A stretch of DNA of 64,000 nucleotides from Candidatus Undinarchaeales archaeon (lineage in GTDB: Archaea; SpSt-1190; JASMDC01). Every line of letters begins with the position of its first letter. The first letter of the stretch is position 1. Positions 1 to 8,214 of this stretch are shown here, one piece after another. The stretch is taken from NCBI GenBank assembly GCA_030753015.1, contig JASMDC010000011.1:21674-85673 (forward strand), given 5' to 3'. A program made the translations under genes and the position numbers. Under the pieces are notes generated by a model, which was given only the letters and a program-made list of their open reading frames with translations, was not told where the DNA came from and did not search any database.

Positions 1-102
1 CCTTCCGGGAGAGAAGGGTGGCATCGAGCCTGTTGCCGGGTACGAGCTGGCACCACCGATCGAAGGCGAGTAGTCACTCGGGACTGACGCTTCCCGGAGA
101 GC

Positions 103-834
103 TCACTCCAGCGCGTCGATGAGACGCTTCAGGAGCTTGAGTTCCTTGGGCCAGCCGATGGCCACGACCCAGCTGCCGGGCACGAGCTTCGTGTCCGGTG
201 GCGGATTCTTCAAGAACGTCTTGTCCATGTCGTCCCCCGGTAGCTTGACGGCCACGACCAGTGCGCCGGTCCTGCCCTTGATGTCCAGCTCGTCGAGCTT
301 CTTGCCAGCGACGGTCCCGTCCTCGGGCACCTGTACCTCGTTGATCTCGATGCCGTAGGTGGATGTCAGAGCGTCGTTGAGGAACTCGGCCGAGTAAGGT
401 CTCGTGGCCGCGCGTGCCAGGATATACCCTCCTATGACGTAGGGCGACACCACGCGCTCGGCGCCGGTGCGGATGAACTTGCGCTTGGTGGACTCCGAGT
501 ACTGGTCGGAGCGGGCGATGATGCGGATGTCCGGGTTCAGGTCCCGGGCCGTTAGGGCGATGAAAACGTTGTTGCCCACCTGGGGGAGCGCAGCGATGAT
601 CGTGTCGGCGGAGTCGATGAAGGCACGCTTGAGGCAGGTCTCCTCCGTTGGATCACCCGCCACAACGCCCACCAGATGCTCGGATAGGTACTCCATATCC
701 TCCGCTGTGAGCTCGGGAGCGACCACCATCACCTTCTTCCCGATCATCAGAAGCTCCTCGACCGTGTTCTTGCCTACCCCGTCGTACCCGCATACGATGA
801 CGTGGTCCGATACCTTCATCTCTCGTTTCTCCAT
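103..834 (-). CDS. Soluble RCK/TrkA-type regulatory protein (TrkA-N Rossmann plus TrkA-C)
   Basis: 243-aa ORF. Rossmann-like start VIVCGYDGVGK and a TrkA-C-like C-terminal half. Lies 16 nt downstream of the channel gene on the same strand. Confidence 0.85.
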   Translation of the reverse strand: MEKREMKVSDHVIVCGYDGVGKNTVEELLMIGKKVMVVAPELTAEDMEYLSEHLVGVVAGDPTEETCLKRAFIDSADTIIAALPQVGNNVFIALTARDLNPDIRIIARSDQYSESTKRKFIRTGAERVVSPYVIGGYILARAATRPYSAEFLNDALTSTYGIEINEVQVPEDGTVAGKKLDELDIKGRTGALVVAVKLPGDDMDKTFLKNPPPDTKLVPGSWVVAIGWPKELKLLKRLIDALE

Positions 835-850
835 GATGATACACCTATCC

Positions 851-1837
851 TTACATCGAGCGGAGCGTAGCGAGGTCCTCGCTGCGTCCTATGATGACCA
901 TGATATCGCCCTCGTTGACCGTCGTGTCGGAGGGCGGATTGCGCGTGATCTCCTCGGCGTCCTTCGGGAAGTGGGCCACCAATAGACAACCTGTGCGTTC
1001 CATGATGGCGCGGACCGTGTGGCCGTCCCATTTCGATGGGACCTGGATGTCGTCGATGTCGAGCCCCACCTCCGGGTCCAGGAGCTCCAGGGTGAATGAC
1101 GTCGAGAGAGGATGGGTCCCGCACTGGGCAAGCAGCCGACCTGTGATGGACTCGGGGGAGATGGCGAGGTCAGCTCCGGCCCGCTTGAACCTGCCATGGC
1201 GGGTCTCGTTGGACATCGCAGCACAGATGCGGACCTTCTCGTTCAGGTCCCTGGCCGAGAGGCAGATAAAGGAGTTGGCGCCATCGTCATCGCTCGCGGC
1301 GACAACGGCATGTGCGGTATCCACCCGGGCGGCCAGGAGCACATCCTCGTCGGATGGGTTGCCGCTCACCACATGGAAACCCTCGTCAACGACCTCCCGG
1401 GCCCGGTCGTCCTCCACCTCGTCCACAAGGACCGCGTCGTGGCCCATGGCCTTGACCTCGTGCATGACCATGGAGGCCAGCGCCGTGTCGCCGCAAACCA
1501 CCACGTGGCGTTCGATGGTGGGCGGGACGCCGGTGCGGGCGGACATGAGCTCTTTAAGCCTGCTCTCCAGCACGGCGCTCCCCAGCTGTTCCAGGACGAA
1601 CATCACCACCATGATGCCGAAGGCGATGACGAGCAGGGTGGCGGCGAATCCGGCCGGTGTAGTCGGTGAGAGCACCGACTCTCCGGTGGCCGAGACGATG
1701 ATGCGGAAGAGCACCTCGGGGACCGACTGCCCCTCGATGAGCTGTGGCTCGGCGAAGAGGATGACGACGTAGGAGAGGATTATGAACCCGGCGAAGAAGC
1801 CGATGGCGGTGACGTACGGCCGCATCCCCTCGCGCAT
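851..1837 (-). CDS. 2-TM pore-loop cation channel with cytoplasmic RCK domain (MthK-like architecture, non-canonical filter)
   Basis: 328-aa ORF. Two N-terminal hydrophobic helices flank a pore-helix-like segment, followed by VVVCGDTALA Rossmann and TrkA-C-like parts. The filter position reads ATGESV instead of TVGYGD. Confidence 0.75.
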   Translation of the reverse strand: MREGMRPYVTAIGFFAGFIILSYVVILFAEPQLIEGQSVPEVLFRIIVSATGESVLSPTTPAGFAATLLVIAFGIMVVMFVLEQLGSAVLESRLKELMSARTGVPPTIERHVVVCGDTALASMVMHEVKAMGHDAVLVDEVEDDRAREVVDEGFHVVSGNPSDEDVLLAARVDTAHAVVAASDDDGANSFICLSARDLNEKVRICAAMSNETRHGRFKRAGADLAISPESITGRLLAQCGTHPLSTSFTLELLDPEVGLDIDDIQVPSKWDGHTVRAIMERTGCLLVAHFPKDAEEITRNPPSDTTVNEGDIMVIIGRSEDLATLRSM

Positions 1838-1858
1838 GGTCGGCCGTGGGAGGTGAAG

Positions 1859-1867
1859 TTATAAATG
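1859..1867 (-). promoter_or_regulatory. TATA-like box for the channel operon
   Basis: CATTTATAA on the minus strand, 22-30 nt upstream of the ATG at 1837, inside an AT-rich intergenic region. Confidence 0.45.
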
Positions 1868-1968
1868 GATTTCTGGCGGAGTAACCCTGCCCATTTCTAT
1901 TTTGGGAAAATTATCTATTAACTACTTAACTGATACTAAATATGAGAATATAGTTTTCATATATGAGA

Positions 1969-1980
1969 AAATATATAAAC
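1969..1980 (+). promoter_or_regulatory. TATA-like box for the MNT/HEPN operon
   Basis: AAATATATAAAC lies 29 nt upstream of the ATG at 2009, in a very AT-rich spacer (1838-2008). Confidence 0.45.
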
Positions 1981-2008
1981 TAACGAGGATATATTGTCAA
2001 TATAGAAA

Positions 2009-2971
2009 ATGTTGCTGGATCTCGTCTTCGCGAACAGGAACGTCGTGCGTATCCTGCGGGCGCTCTCTTGCGGGCCTTCCCAGCGGTGGTACACTCAGGA
2101 GGACATAATCTATATCACGAACATATCACGTACCGCCGTCTCTCGCGGGCTCATGCTATTGACCTCGTTGGGGCTTGTGGAAAAGGAGGGACGGGGCTAC
2201 TTTCTATCTCCCTCTAATCCGCATACTGAAGCGATAAGTGCATTGTTCTGGGGGGAGATTGCTGATAATAAGATGGGTATCCACATCCGAACGTTCATCT
2301 CCGAGTTCACGTACAAGGCTCATCTGGAGCTGGGTTCCTCGCTGCTGACCGTGGCGCTCTTTGGCAGCTTCGCTAGGAACGACGACATACCGACGAGCGA
2401 TATCGATCTGCTCGTCATCACCGAAACGAAGAACAAGGCTACCAAGGCCGCCCTTGACAGGATCGCGGAAAAAGCTATCGGGAATCTGGAGAACAGGCCA
2501 TCAATCCACCAGTTCTCCCGCAAGGAGTTCAGCGCTCTGATACGCGGGAACGATCCTCTGGTCCAATCGCTCGACCGTGAGGCCATCACCGTCTACGGCA
2601 GTGAGCTGCGTGCCGCGATCAAGGAAGGTGCTTTCTTCACGAGGTCCACGAGAAGCGAGGACGGGATGATGAAGGATGTGGTCTTCATCCTCATCAAGAA
2701 CGGTTTCGACATCCTGTCGAGCCAGTCTTCGAACATAGACTATCTGGTAGATATCGTTGCACGCAAGAACAACAGGATGCTGCTTGTTGAACTGAAGAGA
2801 AGGATCGATAATCGCACCATCAAGAAACTTGAATCACAGATCAACAGCATGGAGGGCCTTGTCGTCATCTGTGCGGAACAGCTCAAGACGTCCGTGACGG
2901 TCGGTGTTCCGGTCTTCTGCGGAAAGGAGGGCCTCCGCAGCTTTGAGCGGTACGTGCAGAAGGAGTACTGA
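2009..2971 (+). CDS. Three-module protein: winged-helix N-terminus, minimal nucleotidyltransferase (MNT), and a PD-(D/E)xK-like C-terminal module
   Basis: 320-aa ORF. MNT signature GSFARNDDIPTSDIDLLV. The C-terminal DIVARKNNRMLLVELK fits a D-x(n)-ExK nuclease-fold motif. Its stop overlaps the next start (TGATG). Confidence 0.8.
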   Translation: MLLDLVFANRNVVRILRALSCGPSQRWYTQEDIIYITNISRTAVSRGLMLLTSLGLVEKEGRGYFLSPSNPHTEAISALFWGEIADNKMGIHIRTFISEFTYKAHLELGSSLLTVALFGSFARNDDIPTSDIDLLVITETKNKATKAALDRIAEKAIGNLENRPSIHQFSRKEFSALIRGNDPLVQSLDREAITVYGSELRAAIKEGAFFTRSTRSEDGMMKDVVFILIKNGFDILSSQSSNIDYLVDIVARKNNRMLLVELKRRIDNRTIKKLESQINSMEGLVVICAEQLKTSVTVGVPVFCGKEGLRSFERYVQKEY

Positions 2972-3474
2972 TGGTCACGCTGAAGGATGTAAAGGAACGT
3001 TACCCACGGGAATACCGCGATCTGACCGGGAACCGCTCCGATCAGAACAGACGGTACAAGGAATGCGTGAAACAGGCAAAGGCAGACCTCCACTTTGCAG
3101 AGGCTCTTCAGGATACTGGATGTGACGATCTTCTGGATAGGGAGTATCGCCTCTATAGCTGGGTGGGGATCATCAGCTATTATGCTATGTACCATACTGC
3201 AGAAGCACTCCTCGCTCGGAAAGGGGTCGGGATGAGGAGCCATGCGGGTGTCGCAGAGACCTTGTCCGCGATGCAGGACGATGGAAAGCTCGACTGCTCG
3301 AAGGACACCTACGATTATAGCGATGTCCTGAAGCGGGCGCTTGGTTTCCGCAAGAACGCCAACTACGTGGAGCTTAGGTCCATCGGGCGAGAACGGAGCG
3401 GAGCGTTCCTTACGGCCACGGTCCGCCCGTTCATCGCGCGGGTCTTTAGTTTTCTTAGCGAGGACCTAACATGA
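2971..3474 (+). CDS. HEPN domain protein (partner of the MNT gene)
   Basis: 167-aa ORF with a helical HEPN-like core (YYAMYHTAEALLARKGVGMRSHAGV). Overlaps the MNT gene by 1 nt. A canonical Rx4-6H motif is not obvious; RKNANY sits at the equivalent position. Confidence 0.7.
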   Translation: MVTLKDVKERYPREYRDLTGNRSDQNRRYKECVKQAKADLHFAEALQDTGCDDLLDREYRLYSWVGIISYYAMYHTAEALLARKGVGMRSHAGVAETLSAMQDDGKLDCSKDTYDYSDVLKRALGFRKNANYVELRSIGRERSGAFLTATVRPFIARVFSFLSEDLT

Positions 3475-3486
3475 GCCCGGTCACCC

Positions 3487-3681
3487 TCATCCCTCGTACT
3501 TGAACACATCCTCGATGGACACCTCGAAGTGCCGGGCGATCTTGAACGCCAGCTCCAGTGACGGGTCGTACTTCCCCCGCTCGATGGCGATGATGGTCTG
3601 TCGCGTCACTCCCAGCTTGCCGGCCAGGTCCTGCTGGGTGAGGTCGTGTTCGGCCCGGTAGACCTTGAGGCGGTTCTTCAC
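3487..3681 (-). CDS. Small XRE-family helix-turn-helix transcriptional regulator
   Basis: The C-terminal 64 codons of the 156-aa track ORF read VKNRLKVYRAEHDLTQQDLAGKLGVTRQTIIAIERGKYDPSLELAFKIARHF. GTG start at 3681, with an alternative ATG at 3753. The longer N-extension overlaps the Fe-S gene and looks like GC-frame noise. Confidence 0.8.
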   Translation of the reverse strand: MKNRLKVYRAEHDLTQQDLAGKLGVTRQTIIAIERGKYDPSLELAFKIARHFEVSIEDVFKYEG

Positions 3682-3769
3682 GCGCCGTCCACCGTCCCGA
3701 CCGCAACGGGCCCCTCGTCCACGAGCGCTCACGCTCAGAAATAGATCTATCATGAGCGTAAGGGCTCGA

Positions 3770-4264
3770 TCACTGCTTGGCGAACAGCTCCACGGCCAGC
3801 TCTGCACCCTCGACGATCGCCTCGTAGCCGGTGCACCGACACAGATGGCCCTCCAGCACGTCCAAGAGCTCATCCTTCGACGGAGATGGATCGCGCTCCA
3901 GCAGCGCCACCAGCTCCATGATGATGCCTGGTGTGCAGAAGCCGCACTGAACGGCACCGCTACGGACCATTGCTTCCTGCACGGGGTGCAGTGTGCCGTC
4001 CTTGGCTGCCAACCCTTCCACCGTGCGCACGCTCTTCCCGTCGGCCTTGCTGGCCGGAACGATGCAGGCCTTCACGGGCTGGCTGTCCATGATGACGGTG
4101 CACGCTCCGCACTTACCGTACCCGCAGCCGAACTTCGCACCGGTCAGGTCCAGCTGGTCGCGCAGCACGTCCAGGAGACTGGCCTTCTGGTGGACCGTGA
4201 AAGCGTATGGCTCCCCGTTGACGGTGATCGTCACGGTGATGTACTCGTCGGCCATCTCAGGCAC
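3770..4264 (-). CDS. [2Fe-2S]-binding small subunit of a xanthine dehydrogenase/aldehyde oxidoreductase-family molybdoenzyme
   Basis: 164-aa ORF. Plant-type motif CGYGKCGACTV and second-cluster motif CGFCTPG. Overlaps the large-subunit gene by 8 nt. Confidence 0.9.
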   Translation of the reverse strand: MPEMADEYITVTITVNGEPYAFTVHQKASLLDVLRDQLDLTGAKFGCGYGKCGACTVIMDSQPVKACIVPASKADGKSVRTVEGLAAKDGTLHPVQEAMVRSGAVQCGFCTPGIIMELVALLERDPSPSKDELLDVLEGHLCRCTGYEAIVEGAELAVELFAKQ

Positions 4265-6587
4265 CTCCTCCCTTCTCGTCCATCGCTCTCTTCAGCTCAT
4301 CGGGTCGCACGGGGACGCGGAAGAGGTCCACGCCAGTGGCGTCCTGCACGGCATTGAGCACCGCGGGGCACACCGCTACGATGGGATGCTCGCCCATGGC
4401 CCTGGCGCCGAAAGGGCCGTCCTCCTGTGGCGTCTCGAGCAGATCGACGGTCTGCTTCCCCGGCATGTCACTGGCCGATGGGACGTTGTACTTGCCGATG
4501 ATCGGATTAGCGAGGTTCCCGTCCTCCTTGTAGAGGACCTCTTCCTTGAGGGCGTGACCGAGGCCCTGGACCACGCCACCGACGACCTGGCCGCGCGCGG
4601 TCTGGGGATTGATGACCTTGCCCACGTCGAGCGCGGTGGCGAAATGCGTGACCTCGACCTTGCCGGAGGCCTTCTCCACCCTGACCTCGCATGCCTGGGC
4701 GCCGAAGGTCCACTCGGCAGCACAATTACCCTGCCCGCTCTCGGGATCAGGTGTCTGGAGCCCGCGTACGATGTGAGAGCCTACGGCGACAACAGGATCG
4801 CCCACGCAGTGGCCGTCCGGGTAGGTGTAGCCCTTGACAAGATCCTTGAGAGCGACCCTGCGGGACGGGTCCGAGGCGACGAACACGGCCTCCCCGTCGT
4901 ACTCCAGCTCGTCCTCGGGCACACCCAGCACCAGGGCCGCGTTGTCCAGGAGACGGACGACGCACCGGCGGCAGGCGTGGACGATGGCGTTCCCCACCCG
5001 GTAGGTGGTCATGGAGGCCACGGTCATCCATTCGTAGGGCGAGAGGTCGGTGTCCACACGCGGGATGACCCGGACGCGCTCGTAGGGTACTTTGAGCTCC
5101 TCGGCGGCGATCTGGGCGAGCACCGTAGTGCAGCCCTGGCCCATCTCGATCCCGGCCATCGATACCGTGACGGTGGCGTCGTTGTTGAACCTGACGACCG
5201 CGCAGGACGCGGCGTTGGAGGCTGTGACCGGCGATTTCATCAGCGAGGCCACGCCCCTACCGTACACGTACCGGTCGTCCTCGGTCCGTTTGTCACCGGC
5301 AAAGACCGCCCTCTCAACGGAGGAGAGGCATCCGTCCAGATCGCCGTTGGCGGGGGTGATTGTCTGCCCCAGCGCATTGATCCGGCCAGCGCGCAGGAAG
5401 TTCTTGCGTCGCAGCTCGAAGGGCGACATCCCCAGCTCTCGGGCAAGAAGGTCCATGAGACGCTCACACATGAGGTGACCTTCCGGATGGCTGTAGCCGC
5501 GGAAGGCGCCCACAGGCGGTGTGTTGGTGTAGACACCGTATGAGTCCAGATGGCAGTTGGGGAACTCGTAGGGGCCTGTGCAGTTATGGCCCCCGGCGGT
5601 GACGACGTTGCAGGACGTGTCGGCGAAGGCACCGTCGGCGAAGTACAGACCAGCCTCGATGGCCACCAGGGTACCGTCCTTCTTTGCGCCGATGCGCATC
5701 CGGCCCTTCATTCCGCGGCCGACGACCGATGAGGTGAACACCTCCTTCCGGTCGAGCACCAGACGCACGGGGCGGCCCGGGACGGCCTTGGCAACGGCGG
5801 CCACCAGCGGCTCGATGATCACGTCGGACTTGCACCCGAAGCCACCACCCAGGAACGGAACGACGACCCTGATCTTGGTCATGGGGAGGTCGTACATGTG
5901 GGAGAGGACGCCGCGGAGGATGTACGGACCCTGGTTCGACGCCCACACGGTCACTCCGCCATCGGACTCCCAGCGGGCGATCGCGCCATGCGGCTCGATG
6001 GTCATGTGGGCCATGTGGGGGAACTCGAACTTGCCCTCCACGATGTAGTCGGCCTCGTCGAAGCCTTCGGCGGCCCGACCCTTGCGCAGCTTGTAGTGGT
6101 GGAACACGTTGCTCCCCTTCTCCGCATGGAACCCGGGGACGTGCTCGTACTCTCCGTTGCGTTCGTGCACCTGGGGCGCTCCCTCCTTGACGGCCTCCAG
6201 GGGATCGATGACGTGGGGCAGGGGCTCGTACTCTACCTTGATGGCCTTGCAGGCGGCGGCCGCCTGGAGCTCCGTGTCCGCGATGGCCACAGCGACACCC
6301 TCGCCAGCGTGGCGCACCTTGTCCACGGCGAGCGGCGTCTGGTCCTCGATGCAGATGCCGAAGATGATGTTGCAGTCCTTGCCCGTAACCACGGCACGAA
6401 CGCCGGGCATGTCCTCGGCCTCCGACGTGTCGATGGAAAGGATGCGTGCGTGAGCGACACCCGCCCGAAGAACCTTCGCATGGAGCATGCGGGGGAGCTT
6501 GATGTCGGCAACGTAGACTGCCTGGCCGGTGACCTTTTCGACAGCGTCGGCCCGCTTCTTGGAAACACCGATGGACTTGTACCCCAT
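4257..6587 (-). CDS. Molybdopterin-binding large subunit, xanthine dehydrogenase/aldehyde oxidase/CO dehydrogenase family
   Basis: 776-aa ORF. The N-terminal a/b-hammerhead-like region (KVTGQAVYVADI) and the length and composition are typical of the family. TATA-like ATTTATATTT lies about 30 nt upstream at about 6620. Confidence 0.9.
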   Translation of the reverse strand: MGYKSIGVSKKRADAVEKVTGQAVYVADIKLPRMLHAKVLRAGVAHARILSIDTSEAEDMPGVRAVVTGKDCNIIFGICIEDQTPLAVDKVRHAGEGVAVAIADTELQAAAACKAIKVEYEPLPHVIDPLEAVKEGAPQVHERNGEYEHVPGFHAEKGSNVFHHYKLRKGRAAEGFDEADYIVEGKFEFPHMAHMTIEPHGAIARWESDGGVTVWASNQGPYILRGVLSHMYDLPMTKIRVVVPFLGGGFGCKSDVIIEPLVAAVAKAVPGRPVRLVLDRKEVFTSSVVGRGMKGRMRIGAKKDGTLVAIEAGLYFADGAFADTSCNVVTAGGHNCTGPYEFPNCHLDSYGVYTNTPPVGAFRGYSHPEGHLMCERLMDLLARELGMSPFELRRKNFLRAGRINALGQTITPANGDLDGCLSSVERAVFAGDKRTEDDRYVYGRGVASLMKSPVTASNAASCAVVRFNNDATVTVSMAGIEMGQGCTTVLAQIAAEELKVPYERVRVIPRVDTDLSPYEWMTVASMTTYRVGNAIVHACRRCVVRLLDNAALVLGVPEDELEYDGEAVFVASDPSRRVALKDLVKGYTYPDGHCVGDPVVAVGSHIVRGLQTPDPESGQGNCAAEWTFGAQACEVRVEKASGKVEVTHFATALDVGKVINPQTARGQVVGGVVQGLGHALKEEVLYKEDGNLANPIIGKYNVPSASDMPGKQTVDLLETPQEDGPFGARAMGEHPIVAVCPAVLNAVQDATGVDLFRVPVRPDELKRAMDEKGGGA

Positions 6588-7003
6588 ATGAACGACCCGA
6601 GCGGGCTAGCGGCTCGAAATATAAATAGCCTTCGTCGGAGTGGGCACAGGTCTTGGGGAGATGTAGATCAGACCTCCAGGATACTTCCACCCCGCTCCAG
6701 GGGCAGCCTCTTTCCTAGAACGTGTTCGAGAAATAAATCCCGCGTGCTTCACAGGCTGTCCGAGCTGTACTTTGACACTACGTTCTCGCTGGAGATGTGC
6801 TTAGTGCTGTCTCCCGATACCGACGACCTGACCGAATACCTGTTCGGCGAGCGGCTGGTGCCAACGACGGCGAACCTGCGGGACGACATATTCAATCCAG
6901 ATGCCGGCGAGACGCCGCAGAACTCGCCCGAGGACGCGTGCTCGTCGGTCTGGGTGTCGGGGATGACGCGCCACCGCGAGCGCGGCGGCATGCACGATGA
7001 GAA

Positions 7004-7016
7004 ATCTATATATATG
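7004..7016 (+). promoter_or_regulatory. TATA box for the vapBC operon
   Basis: ATCTATATATATG lies about 22 nt upstream of the ATG at 7037. It is followed by the GTGTACAC palindrome. Confidence 0.5.
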
Positions 7017-7036
7017 TACGTGTACACATACATAGT

Positions 7037-7258
7037 ATGGGCACCAAGACCATCTCCATCATGAACGAGGCCTACGAGGCGCTCGCTCGGGAGAAAGGCA
7101 AAGGTGAGAGCTTCACCGATGTCATCCTCAAGCTCGTCGGTAGGACGACGTCACTGTCCGATTGCATCGGCACATGGGATGTAGACGATGAAGAGTGGGC
7201 GCGAATCGAGAAGGATCTGGTCTGCACGTGGCGTTCGTTCGAGGGGCGGCTCCTATGA
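7037..7258 (+). CDS. vapB: VapB-like antitoxin (archaeal DUF217/PF02697-like)
   Basis: 73-aa ORF. KTISIMNEAYEALAREKGKGESFTDVILKL resembles archaeal putative antitoxins. ATGA overlap with the PIN gene. Confidence 0.7.
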   Translation: MGTKTISIMNEAYEALAREKGKGESFTDVILKLVGRTTSLSDCIGTWDVDDEEWARIEKDLVCTWRSFEGRLL

Positions 7259-7653
7259 TCCCTTTATGCCTGGACACGGACCTCTTGGTGGCCATACTTC
7301 GCGGCGACCCATCCGCCAGGCATTTTATCCTGGGCAATGAAAAAGGGACCCAGCTTGCGACGACGACCGTAAACGCGTTCGAGGTCCTCTTCGGCGCGAA
7401 CCGGTCGCGAAAGAGGAAGGAGAACCTCCTTGCCACCAACAGATTGCTCAGCAGGCTTCACATCCTTCCCCTCGACCTCGAAAGCGCGGACGAGGCCGCA
7501 TCCCTGTTCGCCTCGCTCCACGACAAGGGGTGCCCGCTAGATCTTCGGGACACGCTCATCGCCGCTATCGCCCTGACGAAGGGCTATGTTCTTGTCACGA
7601 GGAATACCAAGCACTTTGACAGGGCGAAGGAGCTCGGTACCAAGATCTGGTAG
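7255..7653 (+). CDS. vapC: PIN-domain toxin VapC
   Basis: Internal ATG at 7255 of track ORF 7195-7653. MIPLCLDTDLLV acidic N-terminal motif and TRNTKHF near the C-terminus. About 132 aa, the typical VapC size. Confidence 0.85.
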   Translation: MIPLCLDTDLLVAILRGDPSARHFILGNEKGTQLATTTVNAFEVLFGANRSRKRKENLLATNRLLSRLHILPLDLESADEAASLFASLHDKGCPLDLRDTLIAAIALTKGYVLVTRNTKHFDRAKELGTKIW

Positions 7654-7802
7654 CGGTAGTGGGGTGCAGGACGGCGGCAGGTTCACCGTTGAGCTGCGCG
7701 GCGAGACGGCGCCGTACCTCAAGGTCACCCCCTCCATGGACAGGCTGTCCGATAATTCGTAGATCCTGTCGCTTCAAGGCCTCTGAACCATGTCACAGGA
7801 AG

Positions 7803-7893
7803 TGTGCACCCTAACTTCTATGGGGGTGATATTCAGCACCTGGATGGAAAGAGGCCCTCAAACAAGGTCAATAAAGTTGTGCACCCTAACTTC
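7803..7893 (+). repeat. Two copies of the 16-mer TGTGCACCCTAACTTC (7803-7818, 7878-7893)
   Basis: Exact direct repeat, 75 bp apart. The second copy ends 4 nt before the ATG at 7898. Confidence 0.8.
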
Positions 7894-7897
7894 AGTC

Positions 7898-8107
7898 ATG
7901 GTGTACACGGAGATCAAGACGATCAAAGGACGGCAATACAAGTACCTCCGCAAGTGCGTCCGGATCAACGGCCGTGTAGTTCACAGGACAGTGAAGTACC
8001 TGGGCCCTTTGAAACCAAGATACAGATCCCAGAAAAAGAAGGCGATCCGATCAGACACTTACAACGGGTTTGAGTCAGAAAGCTCACCTCATTCATGGGT
8101 GGGATGA
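7898..8107 (+). CDS. Small basic hypothetical protein (possible DNA-binding beta-hairpin motif)
   Basis: Internal ATG of track ORF 7790-8107. MVYTEIKTIKGRQYKYLRKCVRINGRVVHRTVKYLGP resembles a recurrent archaeal N-terminal motif (KGxxYxYL...GKV...KYLG). Function unknown. Confidence 0.45.
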   Translation: MVYTEIKTIKGRQYKYLRKCVRINGRVVHRTVKYLGPLKPRYRSQKKKAIRSDTYNGFESESSPHSWVG

Positions 8108-8214
8108 ATGACGTGTTTCCCTGAAGGGAACCAAACCCGAAAGGTAAAAGGACCACATGAATACCGGTATGTCGCCCCCCTTTGGTATTTATTGTTGAAC
8201 GACCTCCTATTGTC

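Noticed and set aside
2-73. 3' end of an ORF entering from the left edge (…LPGEKGGIEPVAGYELAPPIEGE, stop at 71-73)
   Set aside because: Only 23 codons are visible and there is no recognisable motif, so it cannot be supported as a feature.
5584-7064. Long alternative-frame ORFs (5584-6690 minus, 5898-7064 plus) across the molybdoenzyme large-subunit gene
   Set aside because: They lie fully inside or antisense to a 776-aa ORF with clear family features. Their translations are Arg/Gly-rich noise.
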